A stretch of 64,000 nucleotides of DNA from Actinomycetota bacterium (lineage in GTDB: Bacteria > Actinomycetota > Actinomycetes > JAKEEW01): positions 9,314-73,313 of the forward strand of contig JBKOZJ010000039.1 in assembly GCA_046725875.1 (NCBI GenBank), given 5' to 3'. Below the pieces are notes generated by a model. The model had not been told where the DNA came from, made no database searches, and saw nothing but the letters and a program-made list of their open reading frames with translations. Positions 25,586 to 36,420 of this stretch are shown in pieces (position 1 is the stretch's first letter; every line of letters starts with the position of its first letter). The position numbers and the translations under genes were made by a program.

Positions 25586-27084
25586 TGGACGTGAGCGAGC
25601 TGACCCGATTGTCGGCCAGCGCCACCGCCGCCCTGGTCGGGAGCGGCGAGGTATCGGCGCTCGAGGTGGCCGAGGCGCACCTCGAGCGGATCGCCGCCGT
25701 CGACGAGAAGGTGCGAGCGTTCCTCCACATCGACCGCGAGGGAGCGCTGGCCGTCGCTCGTACGGTCGATGCTCGCCGGGCGGCGGGCGAACCGCTCGGG
25801 CCGCTGGCCGGAGTACCTCTCGCCCTCAAGGATGTGCTCACCCAGAGGGGCGTTCCAACTACCTGCGGGTCGAAGATCCTCGAGGGCTGGCGGCCCCCCT
25901 ATGACTCCACGGTTGCCCGCCGCCTGCGCGAGGCGGACGTGGTGATCCTCGGCAAGACCAACATGGACGAGTTCGCGATGGGCTCGTCAACCGAGAATTC
26001 CGCGTTTTGGCCAACACGGAACCCATGGGACCTCGACCGGATTCCGGGCGGCTCGTCCGGTGGGTCGAGCGCCGCGGTGTCCTCGTATCAAGTCCCGCTC
26101 GCCATCGGCACCGACACGGGCGGATCGATCCGGCAGCCAGCCGCAGTCACCGGCATCGTCGGTGTGAAGCCGACCTACGGCGGCGTATCCCGCTACGGAC
26201 TGGTCGCGTTCTCGTCCAGCCTCGACCAGGCCGGACCGCTCGCCAGGAACGTGCTCGACGCGGCGCTCCTCCATGCGACGATCGCCGGCCATGACCCGCT
26301 CGACTCGACGTCGATCAACTCGCCGGTGCCACCGGTGGTCGAGGCCGCGCAGGCCGCGGATGTGACCGGCCTGCGCGTCGGGGTGGTGCGGGAGCTGTCC
26401 GGCGAGGGTTACCAGGCGGGCGTCGAACATCGGTTCCATGAGGCGGTCGAGCTGCTCGGCAAGCTTGGTGCGGACATCGTCGAAGTGTCCTGCCCGCACT
26501 TCGGCTACGCCCTGCCCGCCTACTACCTCATCGCGCCGAGCGAGTGCTCGTCGAACCTCGCGCGGTTCGACGGCATGCGCTACGGGCTCCGGGTGGGTGA
26601 CGATGGCACCCGGACGGCCGAAGAGGTTATGGCGCTGACCCGCGAGGCGGGCTTCGGCCCGGAGGTCAAGCGCCGCATAATGCTCGGCACCTACGCCTTG
26701 TCGTCGGGCTACTACGACGCCTACTACGGGCAGGCGCAGAAGGTTCGCACGCTTATCACGAGAGACTTCGATGAGGCATTCAAGGCAGTCGACGTCCTCG
26801 TTTCCCCGACAACTCCGACGACGGCCTTCCGGATCGGAGAGCGGGTGGACGACCCGATAGCCATGTATCTCGCGGACCTCTGCACAATCCCGGCCAACCT
26901 CGCGGGCAACGCCGCAATGTCACTGCCGTGCGGTCTCGCACCCGACGACGACCTCCCCGTTGGCCTGCAGATCATGGCGCCGACCCTCGCGGACGACCGG
27001 GTATACCGGGTCGGCGCGGCGGTGGAGGCGGCGCTGCGAGAGACCTGGGGTCACCCGCTGCTCGATGAGGCACCGTCGCTGTGA
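25582..27084 (+). CDS. gatA: Asp-tRNA(Asn)/Glu-tRNA(Gln) amidotransferase subunit A
   Basis: 500 aa. Carries the amidase signature [11 protein letters not shown] and [12 protein letters not shown]. Confidence 0.9.
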   Translation: MMDVSELTRLSASATAALVGSGEVSALEVAEAHLERIAAVDEKVRAFLHIDREGALAVARTVDARRAAGEPLGPLAGVPLALKDVLTQRGVPTTCGSKILEGWRPPYDSTVARRLREADVVILGKTNMDEFAMGSSTENSAFWPTRNPWDLDRIPGGSSGGSSAAVSSYQVPLAIGTDTGGSIRQPAAVTGIVGVKPTYGGVSRYGLVAFSSSLDQAGPLARNVLDAALLHATIAGHDPLDSTSINSPVPPVVEAAQAADVTGLRVGVVRELSGEGYQAGVEHRFHEAVELLGKLGADIVEVSCPHFGYALPAYYLIAPSECSSNLARFDGMRYGLRVGDDGTRTAEEVMALTREAGFGPEVKRRIMLGTYALSSGYYDAYYGQAQKVRTLITRDFDEAFKAVDVLVSPTTPTTAFRIGERVDDPIAMYLADLCTIPANLAGNAAMSLPCGLAPDDDLPVGLQIMAPTLADDRVYRVGAAVEAALRETWGHPLLDEAPSL

Positions 27085-27118
27085 GCGACCGACGGCTGAT
27101 TGGACGGATGGATTGACG

Positions 27119-28645
27119 ATGACTGATGTGGTGGCGGCGGACGCATTGGTGCCGTATTCGGAGGCGGTGGCAGCCTACGAGCCCGTGCTGGGCCTCGAGG
27201 TGCACGTGGAGCTGAGTACGGCGTCGAAGATGTTCTGCGGATGTACGACGACCTTCGGCGCGCCGCCGAACACCCAGGTTTGCCCGACCTGCCTTGGCCT
27301 GCCCGGCTCGCTGCCGGTCGCGAACAAGGCCGCTGTCGAGGCGACGATGAAGATAGGCCTGGCGCTGAACTGCTCGATAGCCGAGTGGTGCCGCTTTGCC
27401 CGGAAGAACTACTTCTATCCGGACATGCCGAAGAACTATCAGATCTCGCAGTACGACGAGCCGCTGTGCATCGACGGCAGGCTCGACGTCGAGGTCGATA
27501 CCGCCGAGGGGCCGCAGACCTTCCGCATCGGCATCGAGCGCGTACACCTGGAAGAGGACACGGGCAAGACGCTGCACGTGGGCGGTGCGACCGGCCGCAT
27601 CCACGGCGCCGCCTACTCGCTGGTCGACTACAACCGGGCCGGGATTCCGCTCGTCGAGATCGTCACCAAGCCCGTCACCGGGACCGGCGCACTTGCCCCC
27701 GAGGTTGCGCGTGCCTATGTCACCGAGCTGCGCGAAATTTGCCGTGCGTTGGGCGTTTCAGATGTACGGATGGAAGAGGGCTCGCTGCGGTGCGACGCCA
27801 ACGTGTCCATCGCTCCTCGCGGTGCTACCGAGTGGGGCATCCGAAGTGAGACGAAGAACGTCAACTCGCTGCGCTCGGTGGAGCGGGCGGTTCGCTACGA
27901 GATTCAGCGCCAGGCGGGCGTTCTGGCCGCCGGCGGGCGGGTCGTACAAGAAACCCGGCACTGGCACGAGGACACCGGCGTGACCACGTCCGGCCGCAGC
28001 AAGGAAGAGGCGCAGGACTATCGCTACTTCCCCGACCCGGACCTGGTGCCCCTCGCGCCCTCCCGTGAGTGGATCGAGGAGCTGCGCGCCGCGTTGCCCG
28101 AGCTGCCGACCGCCCGGCGCAAGCGGCTCGCCGGTGAGTGGAATCTCGCGTCGGTAGACCTGCAGGCGATTATCAACGCCAGCGCGCTCGACGTCGTCGA
28201 GGCCACCGTGGCGGCCGGCGCACCCCCGGCCGAGGCGCGGAAGTGGTGGCTCGGGGAACTGGCCCGGCACGCCAACGAGCGGGGTGTCGAGGTTGCAACG
28301 CTGCCGATAACACCCAGTGCGGTGGCCCGCGTGGTCGAGCTGGTCGCCGCGGGGACGCTGAACGATCGGTTGGCTCGCCAGGTTATCGAGGGGGTTATCG
28401 CCGGCGAGGGCTCGCCGGACGATGTGGTCGCCAACCGCGGGCTTGCGGTCGTCAGCGACGAGGCGGCACTTGGTGCCGCCGTGGACGAGGCGATCGCCGC
28501 CAACCCGGACATCGCGGACAAGGTGCGGTCCGGCAAGGTTGCCGCATCCGGGGCCCTGGTCGGGGCGGTCATGAAGGCGACGCGCGGCCAGGCTGACGCG
28601 TCCCGCGTCCGGGAGCTGATCCTCACCCGGCTGGAAGCCCGCTGA
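27119..28645 (+). CDS. gatB: Asp-tRNA(Asn)/Glu-tRNA(Gln) amidotransferase subunit B
   Basis: The track ORF is trimmed to [15 protein letters not shown]. GatB motifs are present: [36 protein letters not shown]. Confidence 0.9.
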   Translation: MTDVVAADALVPYSEAVAAYEPVLGLEVHVELSTASKMFCGCTTTFGAPPNTQVCPTCLGLPGSLPVANKAAVEATMKIGLALNCSIAEWCRFARKNYFYPDMPKNYQISQYDEPLCIDGRLDVEVDTAEGPQTFRIGIERVHLEEDTGKTLHVGGATGRIHGAAYSLVDYNRAGIPLVEIVTKPVTGTGALAPEVARAYVTELREICRALGVSDVRMEEGSLRCDANVSIAPRGATEWGIRSETKNVNSLRSVERAVRYEIQRQAGVLAAGGRVVQETRHWHEDTGVTTSGRSKEEAQDYRYFPDPDLVPLAPSREWIEELRAALPELPTARRKRLAGEWNLASVDLQAIINASALDVVEATVAAGAPPAEARKWWLGELARHANERGVEVATLPITPSAVARVVELVAAGTLNDRLARQVIEGVIAGEGSPDDVVANRGLAVVSDEAALGAAVDEAIAANPDIADKVRSGKVAASGALVGAVMKATRGQADASRVRELILTRLEAR

Positions 28646-28765
28646 CTGATTCCCCTGCTCCCCCGGGCCAGGCGGGCAGAATGAGCGCGCGCGCGAGTCG
28701 AGGCCACAAGATCAGGTCTTGGCACCCCCATTGCGCGCCGTTTTCTGTCGGCGCCGGGCGGTAGC

Positions 28766-29995
28766 GTGCCGGAGGTGCTGCGAGCGTGGTGGAAGCGGAC
28801 TGCCGAGGGGCTACCCAAGGCATTCTGGGTGTTGCTCGTCGGCACCTTCATCAACCGTGTCGGGTTCTTCGTTGAGCCGTTCCTAGCGCTCTATCTCGCC
28901 GGCCCTCGGGATCTCGATCCCTCCACGGTTGGAGCGGTCGTTGCCTGTTTTGGTTTCGGATCCTTTGTCTCCCAGCCGGTCGGCGGCTACTTGACCGACC
29001 GCATTGGGCGCCGAGCCACGCTCGTGGCCAGCATGCTCGGCACGGCGGCGGCGTTTATGCTTTTCGCCGCCGCGCGCGGGCTGGTTCTGATCGCGATCGC
29101 TGCGGTGGTAGCGGGACTGATGATCGATGCGTATCGCCCGGCTGTGTCCGCACTGGTGGCTGATCTGGTTCCGTCAGAGCGTCGGCCGCGGGCATTTGCC
29201 TTGCTCTATTGGGCGATCAACCTCGGTGTGTCGGTGGCCGGCGTCGCGGGCGGCCTTCTGGCCAGCCGCTCGTTCTGGTTGCTGTTCGCTCTAGACGCCG
29301 TGACGTGCGTGATCTTCGCGGTTCTGATCGCCAGGCTGGTTCCCGAGACGCGAGTGGCGACCACTCAGCGGGGAGGGCATGGATACGGAGTGGTCGTCCG
29401 CGACGGTGTACTGCTCGGACTGGTCGCGTCAACCCTGCTCGGCTCCATCGTCTACGTCCAATACGCGGTGACCCTGCCGCTTGCGATGCGAGCGGACGGT
29501 TACGGGCCGAGCGGGTTCGGTCTTGTCTACGCAGTCAACCCGATCACTGTCATTGCGGTGCAGCCGATCGTGATGCGGGTGGTCGACCGGCTTCCGGCGA
29601 TACCACTGCTCGCCGGCTCATCCGTGCTCATCGGCCTTGGCTTCTGGCTAACCACGTTCGCCAACACCCTGCCGATGTTCGCGGCAACTGTGGTGGTCTG
29701 GACGCTCGGCGAGATCGGGTTCAACGCGGTCGGGCCTGCCCTGGTTGCCGACATCGCGCCACCTGACCAGCGCGGACGCTACAGCGCCGCGGTGGGGGTG
29801 TCGTTCGGCGCGGCCGCCTTCGCGGCCCCCATCGTCGGCACCCAGGTCTTCCAAGCGTTCGGCGAGACCGTGCTGTGGTCCGGCTGCCTTGTGGTCGCCG
29901 TCGGATCGGCAGCGATCGTTCTCGCCCTTGCGCCCGCGATCCAGGCGCGCCGAGCCTCGGTTGCCGCCGTCGCTTTGGCAGAGATCCCCGCCTGA
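28766..29995 (+). CDS. MFS transporter
   Basis: 409 aa with about 12 predicted TM segments. It carries the MFS motif A-like sequence GGYLTDRIGRRATL. Confidence 0.7.
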   Translation: MPEVLRAWWKRTAEGLPKAFWVLLVGTFINRVGFFVEPFLALYLAGPRDLDPSTVGAVVACFGFGSFVSQPVGGYLTDRIGRRATLVASMLGTAAAFMLFAAARGLVLIAIAAVVAGLMIDAYRPAVSALVADLVPSERRPRAFALLYWAINLGVSVAGVAGGLLASRSFWLLFALDAVTCVIFAVLIARLVPETRVATTQRGGHGYGVVVRDGVLLGLVASTLLGSIVYVQYAVTLPLAMRADGYGPSGFGLVYAVNPITVIAVQPIVMRVVDRLPAIPLLAGSSVLIGLGFWLTTFANTLPMFAATVVVWTLGEIGFNAVGPALVADIAPPDQRGRYSAAVGVSFGAAAFAAPIVGTQVFQAFGETVLWSGCLVVAVGSAAIVLALAPAIQARRASVAAVALAEIPA

Positions 29996-30053
29996 TCAAC
30001 CGCTGCCGACACTTACGCCAACGCTGGATGTCCGCTGGAGGTCCTCGCGCCGC

Positions 30054-30215
30054 CTACTCCCGGCGCAGCATCTGCTGCCGGTGCTCGTCCTCCATCCGCT
30101 GGATACGCATGCCCTCACGCCCCGTCCGGGTGAAGTAGAAGACACCTAGAGCGAAGCAGAGCCAGAGCACGCCGATGCCGGCGAGGAGCGCCGCGACGCC
30201 GAGCAAAGTCTCCAT
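30054..30215 (-). CDS. small single-pass membrane protein (53 aa), unlisted in the ORF track
   Basis: Hand-translated as METLLGVAALLAGIGVLWLCFALGVFYFTRTGREGMRIQRMEDEHRQQMLRRE. A GGGAGG RBS lies 7 nt upstream. GC3 is about 90%, matching genuine coding DNA in this genome. It starts 30 nt downstream of the prsW stop on the same strand. Confidence 0.4.
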   Translation of the reverse strand: METLLGVAALLAGIGVLWLCFALGVFYFTRTGREGMRIQRMEDEHRQQMLRRE

Positions 30216-30244
30216 GGCTGTCCTCCCAATCTCAGATCATCAAC

Positions 30245-31702
30245 CTACCGGCCGGCCCGGGTCAGTGGTGCAAGCGGGAGATGGGAGCGGCTCGCCGCAA
30301 GGGCGGTGAGCAGGTCCCGCTCCCGCTCGGCGAAGTCAGGTCCTACCCCGTTTCGGCCGGCCCGATTGCGCAGGAAGGCTAGCTCGGTCGCGACGTGCTG
30401 GAAGTCGGCGGTCGCCCGCCTGCCCACCCGTCCGGCATAGCGGCTCGCCGCCGCCCGCGCTCGCCGCCGTTCCTGCAGTGCGGAGAGCCGGGCTACCTCG
30501 TCGAGACTGAACCAGCCCGCCATCCCGTACTCGGGAAGCCATTGCGCAACCACCCGAACCTCGCGCCGGCGTGCCCACATCATCAGGCCGGTGTAGGCGG
30601 CGAACAGCGGGACCATGACCAGCCCATACACCAGGAGGAAGCCGGCGAGCCCACCCGCGGCGGAGAGGTTCCATAGCGCGTGCAGCGCGACGGCGCAGAG
30701 GTAGCCGAGGAAGGGAGCGGCGACCCGGACCCTGGGCCGGTCGGTCGAGGCGGCGATCCCGAAACCGACGCCGATTGCGGCGGTGAACATCGGATGTGCG
30801 AACGGACTGCCGATCCCCCGGAGGACGAACACGCCGCCCACCGCGCCCAGAGCCCCCACCGTGCCGTGCGCGGCAACAGCCTCGGTGTATGCCCGACCGA
30901 AGTAGAGGATGTTCTCGATGAAGGCGAAGCCGAGCCCGCACAAACCGGCGAAGACCAGCCCGTCGACAACGCCGTCGAACTCGCGCCGCCTACGCAGCGC
31001 GAGCAGGGCGACCGCGGCGCCCTTGGCGCCCTCCTCCACCCACGGGGCGATGAAGACGGCGCCGATGGTGACGTCCTCGTCGCCGTACTGCCGGAGGAAC
31101 TCGATACTGGCGGTATTGAGAACGACGGCGATGAACGCGGCCACGGTCGCTCCCCAGCCGAGGGCGAAGGCGAGGTACGGAATGGGCTCGGGCTCGTTGC
31201 GGTCCAGCCACAGAAAGGCCGCGAGCACCGGGACCACCGGTAGCAGCGCAAAGAGGGTACCGACGATCAAGCCGCCGACGCCTACTTCAGCACCGACGGC
31301 CGCCAGCAGGACGAACCCCGCAAACGCCATGACCAGCGGGAGGACAATCCAGAGCGTCACCCGCCGGGACCCAGGTGTCGTCTTGAGGCGATCATCGCCA
31401 GCTACGGCAGCAGGCGCCGCCCCAGCCCCAGCCCGTTTGACGTCATCGGGACGGGTCAGGATCTCCGGTGGCGTTGGTACGCGTGGGAGCGGCGCGCTCG
31501 GCCGCAATTTGTAAAGATCGCTCCGCCACGAGTCGCCACGCAGTCCGCCGCCCGCGAGCCCCTCATGGCCGTCCCCACCACGCACCTCTCGCAGCCTAAT
31601 GAACGGTGCGAAAGCGATCGCTTCCCGCCGGATCCTCGATTCGAGGTCCGTGCCGAGCCGGCTCAGGTGAGGACGTCGACCACCGCGTCCACCGTGTCTC
31701 AA
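30245..31702 (-). CDS. prsW: PrsW-family intramembrane metalloprotease
   Basis: Carries the PrsW signature motifs EEGAKG, FAFIENILY and HALWN within a polytopic membrane core. The start ATG overlaps the upstream sugar-dehydrogenase stop as ATGA. The roughly 120-aa Pro/Ala-rich N-terminal extension is unusual and the true start may be further downstream. Confidence 0.7.
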   Translation of the reverse strand: MRHGGRGGRRPHLSRLGTDLESRIRREAIAFAPFIRLREVRGGDGHEGLAGGGLRGDSWRSDLYKLRPSAPLPRVPTPPEILTRPDDVKRAGAGAAPAAVAGDDRLKTTPGSRRVTLWIVLPLVMAFAGFVLLAAVGAEVGVGGLIVGTLFALLPVVPVLAAFLWLDRNEPEPIPYLAFALGWGATVAAFIAVVLNTASIEFLRQYGDEDVTIGAVFIAPWVEEGAKGAAVALLALRRRREFDGVVDGLVFAGLCGLGFAFIENILYFGRAYTEAVAAHGTVGALGAVGGVFVLRGIGSPFAHPMFTAAIGVGFGIAASTDRPRVRVAAPFLGYLCAVALHALWNLSAAGGLAGFLLVYGLVMVPLFAAYTGLMMWARRREVRVVAQWLPEYGMAGWFSLDEVARLSALQERRRARAAASRYAGRVGRRATADFQHVATELAFLRNRAGRNGVGPDFAERERDLLTALAASRSHLPLAPLTRAGR

Positions 31703-32877
31703 TCGCGTGCGCGAAGCTCCACTCGGAGGATCTTGTCGTCATCGTCACGAGGGAAAGGCGGGCTACCTCGCCCATCGGTGTTGCTGGTGGTGAGCCAGAG
31801 CGAGCCGTCCGGGGCTAGAACAATCGTGCGGAGGCGGCCATACCGGTCGACGAAGAAGTCGCGGGGCTCGCCGGTCTGGTCGCCGTCGAGCGGGATCTGC
31901 CACAGCCGGTATCCGCGCAACGCAGCCATGTAGACCGCACCCTCGGCCACTGCGACTCCGCTCGGCGAGGCCTCGTCGGTGGACCACTGCTCGAGCGGAT
32001 TGACGAAATCGTTGTTGTCCGACCGGCCTTCCGCCCGCGGCCAGCCATAGTTGCGACCGCGCTCAATCAGATTCAGCTCGTCCCACGTGTTCTGGCCGAA
32101 CTCGGAGGCCCACAGCCGGCCCTGGTCGTCCCATGCGATGCCCTGTGGGTTGCGGTGACCATATGACCAGACGAGCGAGGAGCCGAACGGGTTGCCCGGG
32201 GCCGGGTCGCCGTCGGGCGTCATCCGGAGGATCTTGCCGGACAGCGAGTCCCGGTTCTGGGCCTGTTCGGGCTGCCCGGCGTCGCCGGTTCCGGCGTAGA
32301 GCATGCCGTCCGGGCCGAACCCGATCCGTCCACCGTTGTGGAAGCTCGCGTTGCCGATGCCCGTCAGGATGGGATCGGGCGCGCCGAGCCGGCGGTTCTC
32401 GTACCTCATCCGAACGATTCGGTTGTCGTCGGCGCTGGTGAAGTATGCGTAGAGCCAACGGCTCTGGCCGAAGTTGGGCGGGATGGCCAGCCCGAGCAGG
32501 CCACCTTCGCCGCCGGGTTCGACGCCCGGCACCTGCCCGACGGTGCTCACGTCGCCGTCTGCTGTCACCCGCTTGATCCGTCCGGTGTCCCGCTCGGACA
32601 GCAGCGCGGAGCCGTCGGGGAGGAAGACCAGACCCCAGGGGCTGGTAAGGCCGCCGGCCACCACGCGGGTCACGACGGGCTCGAGCTGCGCGCCGGTTGG
32701 CCCCTCGGACGCGGTGGAGGTGGTGGGCGAGGCGTTTGGAGTCGATCTTCCCGTGGCAGGAGGCGAGCTAGTGGGTGCCGGCGCACCGTCGTCATCGTCG
32801 GAGCAGCCAATGACCGCCGCGAGGGCGATGACGGTCGCCACAGCGATCACAGTTCGGCGTCGCATAGCCTGCCTTCC
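31699..32877 (-). CDS. PQQ-dependent sugar dehydrogenase (SGDH family) lipoprotein
   Basis: Trimmed to MRRRTVIAVATVIALAAVIGC, a signal peptide with a lipobox, followed by an Ala/Ser/Pro/Thr-rich linker. The beta-propeller core includes GLTSPWGLVFLPDGS and WSYGHRNPQGIAWD. Confidence 0.75.
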   Translation of the reverse strand, partial: GRQAMRRRTVIAVATVIALAAVIGCSDDDDGAPAPTSSPPATGRSTPNASPTTSTASEGPTGAQLEPVVTRVVAGGLTSPWGLVFLPDGSALLSERDTGRIKRVTADGDVSTVGQVPGVEPGGEGGLLGLAIPPNFGQSRWLYAYFTSADDNRIVRMRYENRRLGAPDPILTGIGNASFHNGGRIGFGPDGMLYAGTGDAGQPEQAQNRDSLSGKILRMTPDGDPAPGNPFGSSLVWSYGHRNPQGIAWDDQGRLWASEFGQNTWDELNLIERGRNYGWPRAEGRSDNNDFVNPLEQWSTDEASPSGVAVAEGAVYMAALRGYRLWQIPLDGDQTGEPRDFFVDRYGRLRTIVLAPDGSLWLTTSNTDGRGSPPFPRDDDDKILRVELRARD

Positions 32878-33035
32878 GTCGATGGGCCGACATCGGTGGT
32901 ACGCAACCGCTGCCGGCCAGGTTCCCGTCCCCGCCGCATCATCTCTGGTCCGACGGCCGCGGGCGGTACCTCTGCCCGGGGGCTCGATCGAGTCTGGGCT
33001 GGTCTCGGACACGACGGTGAATAGGGTGCGGCGTT

Positions 33036-33932
<897 letters not shown>

Positions 33933-34067
33933 GCGGTTGTCGAAAACCTGTCGGTGCCGCTCGTAGGAGTACTGGAGGAGCGGTGCCCGGTGTCCCGCCG
34001 CGCATCGAGCGGGGACGCCGGCACGCGCCAGTCACTACGAGCGGCTACGTGAAGGGGTGAGAACAGA

Positions 34068-35156
34068 GTGACCGACTTCCTGCTGGCAATCGGGACACGC
34101 AAGGGGCTCTTTCTCGGCCGGTCGGCCGATCGGGTCTCCTGGCAGGTTGAGCGGGCGGATATCGGCGTGAGCGAGGTCTATGCCGCATGCATCGACACCC
34201 GGCGCGGTCCGGCGCGGGTGCTCGCCGGGGCTACCAGCCAGCATTGGGGGCCCTCCGTCTTTGCTTCCGATGATCTTGGCACGACCTGGCAGGAGCCGGA
34301 TCACGCGCCGGTGGCCTTCCCCGCGGGAACCGACACGTCGCTGGCCCGGGTCTGGCAAATTCAGCCGGGACAGCGAGACGAGCCGGATGTCATGTGGGCC
34401 GGCACCGAGCCGTCGGCGCTCTTTCGTTCCGAGGACGGCGGGATAACCTACGAGCTGGTACGCGGCCTATGGGATCACCCGCACCGACGAACGTGGTTTC
34501 CGGGCGGCGGCGGTCAGGCGCTTCACACCGTCCTTCCACACCCGACGGACGGGCAGCAGCTGACCGTTGCGATGTCGACCGGCGGCGTCTACCAGACAAC
34601 CGACGGCGGGCAGACTTGGGCGCCAAGCAACAAGGGCATCATCGCGCTTCATAGGCCGGATCCCTATCCCGAGTACGGCCAGTGCGTGCACAAGGTCGCC
34701 TTCCACCGCGGCCGGCCGGAGCAGATGTTCCTGCAGAATCACGGCGGCGTTTTCCGCTCCGACGACGGCGGCGGCAGCTGGTCGCCGATCGGCGGTGGGC
34801 TACCGGCCGACTTCGGCTTTCCGATCGTCGCGCATCCGCGGCGCACCGGCAGCGCGTACGTCTTTCCGCTGCGGGGGGACTTCGACCGCACTCCCCCCGA
34901 GTCACGTTGCCGGGTCTTCCGTACCGACGACGCCGGGGAAACCTGGCGTCCGCTAAGCAAGGGCTTGCCTCAGGCGGGCTTCCAGGCCGCCGTTATGCGT
35001 GACGCGATGTCCGCCGACGACGCAGACCCTGCCGGGCTCTACCTCGGCACCCGCTCCGGCGCGGTCTTCGCGAGCCCAGACGAAGGCGAGACCTGGCATA
35101 CGGTCGCAGAACACCTGCCGGACGTGCTCTCCGTGCGGGCCGCAGTCGTGGGTTAG
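34068..35156 (+). CDS. BNR/Asp-box repeat (sialidase-like, Ycf48-like beta-propeller) protein
   Basis: 362 aa. It has repeated S-x-D-x-G-x-T-W-type motifs (SDDLGTTWQ, SEDGGITY, TTDGGQTWAP, SDDGGGSWSP, TDDAGETWRP, SPDEGETWHT). Confidence 0.65.
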   Translation: MTDFLLAIGTRKGLFLGRSADRVSWQVERADIGVSEVYAACIDTRRGPARVLAGATSQHWGPSVFASDDLGTTWQEPDHAPVAFPAGTDTSLARVWQIQPGQRDEPDVMWAGTEPSALFRSEDGGITYELVRGLWDHPHRRTWFPGGGGQALHTVLPHPTDGQQLTVAMSTGGVYQTTDGGQTWAPSNKGIIALHRPDPYPEYGQCVHKVAFHRGRPEQMFLQNHGGVFRSDDGGGSWSPIGGGLPADFGFPIVAHPRRTGSAYVFPLRGDFDRTPPESRCRVFRTDDAGETWRPLSKGLPQAGFQAAVMRDAMSADDADPAGLYLGTRSGAVFASPDEGETWHTVAEHLPDVLSVRAAVVG

Positions 35157-35193
35157 TAGCGCCAACCCGATGAAACCGAGCGAGGAGGCGCTG

Positions 35194-35478
35194 ATGCAGG
35201 TGGTCGTCTGGCTGCCGGGACCGCTTCGTGAGTACGTGGGAGGAGCGAAACAGTTGGCGGTAGACATCACGGACGGCGGTGCCGTCAGCGACGTCCTGGA
35301 CCTGTTTGCCAAGGACCACCCGCTCCTCGAGCGCCGGGTGCGGGACGAGAGAGGACGCCTACGGGAGCACGTGAACGTGTTCGTGGCTGGGGACAACATC
35401 AAGGATCTGGATCGCCTCGACACGAAGCTCAGTCCCGGCGTCGAGATCACCATCCTGCCCGCCGTCTCCGGAGGCTGA
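35194..35478 (+). CDS. MoaD/ThiS-family ubiquitin-like sulfur-carrier protein (C-terminal GG)
   Basis: 94 aa reading MQVVVWLPGPLREYVGG...VEITILPAVSGG, ending in Gly-Gly. A GAGGAGG RBS is upstream. The start is internal to track ORF 34999..35478. Confidence 0.65.
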   Translation: MQVVVWLPGPLREYVGGAKQLAVDITDGGAVSDVLDLFAKDHPLLERRVRDERGRLREHVNVFVAGDNIKDLDRLDTKLSPGVEITILPAVSGG

Positions 35479-35542
35479 GTCTCCCCACGCTTGCCCATCG
35501 ATGGTTTGCGACAGGCCGGCGCAGAGGTCGTGATCGCCAAGA

Positions 35543-35582
35543 GGTGGATCGAAGTATTCCGCGGCGGACACTTCGATCCACC
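35543..35582. promoter_or_regulatory. perfect 13-bp inverted repeat GGTGGATCGAAGT-n14-ACTTCGATCCACC
   Basis: Read directly from the sequence, between the MoaD-like gene and the Zn-ribbon gene. It produces mirrored spurious ORFs on both strands (35491..35727 +, 35359..35595 -). Confidence 0.3.
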
Positions 35583-35740
35583 TTTCAGCGATCAAGGGTC
35601 GGCGGGGCCGCTATTGGGGCAAGCCCGCGGCGCCGGTGCGGCGCGACACGCCGAGGGTGGGCGGATGCAGGGGTTTGTCGGCTCGGCGTGGGACGGTCGT
35701 ATCCCGGAGGCGGTTGCTGATCGCTGAGGGGAGGTCCGCG

Positions 35741-35965
35741 GTGACGACGAGCGGAGAGTCCGAGCTGGCCGTTTCGGAAGCGCTGGAGGGCTGGTGCACC
35801 GAGTGCGGCAACACGACCTTCGAACACCCTCCGTGCCCCGATGGGCACGGCGACGAATGCCCGGAGCTGGTCTGCGCCTCGTGCGGGCTCGCTTACTACA
35901 TCGGCTATGAGCCTCAGCTTCCCGACGAAAGCGGCACCACCGATACGCCTGCCCAGGCGGCCTGA
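35741..35965 (+). CDS. small Cys-rich zinc-ribbon protein (74 aa)
   Basis: GTG start after a GGGAGG RBS. The protein reads VTTSGESELAVSEALEGWCTECGNTTFEHPPCPDGHGDECPELVCASCGLAYYIGYEPQ and contains CxxC, C-x7-C and CxxC motifs. Confidence 0.45.
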   Translation: MTTSGESELAVSEALEGWCTECGNTTFEHPPCPDGHGDECPELVCASCGLAYYIGYEPQLPDESGTTDTPAQAA

Positions 35966-36302
35966 CGTCGGTCACTCGGTCAACGGCGGTTAGACTCCGG
36001 TCACTGCGCCGCCGCGAGGAGCAGAGCTGCGCGACGCGGTGCCGCGGCTGGCCGACCGCCGTATGCTGTTCAGTTCCGACGCCCAGGTCCGCATTCGTTC
36101 CAGCCCGATCGACTCAACCAGCTAAGTCACTGGTGAAAGCAGCTTCACAGTCGCCGCAATAGGTTGGGCTGGACGCAACGATGGACCGTCACGTCGAGTT
36201 TTGGCAGCCAGTGCCGGTATTCGTGGACTGTCGCATAGAGAATTTCGGCCGTTTCTCGATGCTGGCGGTCCACTGATCTTCGTTTAGGTAGATCATTATC
36301 TC

Positions 36303-36329
36303 TGTGGCGGCCCATCGATGGCCGCCACA
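36303..36329. promoter_or_regulatory. near-perfect 27-nt palindrome TGTGGCGGCCCATCGATGGCCGCCACA
   Basis: Read directly from the sequence, about 230 nt upstream of ilvD. The core is GC-rich and the centre is ATCGAT. Confidence 0.3.
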
Positions 36330-36366
36330 CATAGCAGCACCGACGGTCTTCGCACCCTCGGCGCGT

Positions 36367-36420
36367 ATGAACGGCACTTTCTAACGAACCTACTGGCTGA
36401 AAGTGCCGTTCGTTCGAAAG
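36367..36420. repeat. palindromic intergenic element, copy 2 of 3 (GAACGGCACTTTC-n-GAAAGTGCCGTTC)
   Basis: ATGAACGGCACTTTCtaacgaacctactggctGAAAGTGCCGTTCGttcgaaagg. The spacer contains cgaacc/tcgaaagg pieces shared with copy 1. It lies about 150 nt upstream of ilvD. Confidence 0.5.

Noticed and set aside
35359-35727. Mirror-image ORFs on both strands sharing RWIEV...FDPP
   Set aside because: They are produced by the 13-bp perfect inverted repeat at 35543-35582, not by coding sequence.
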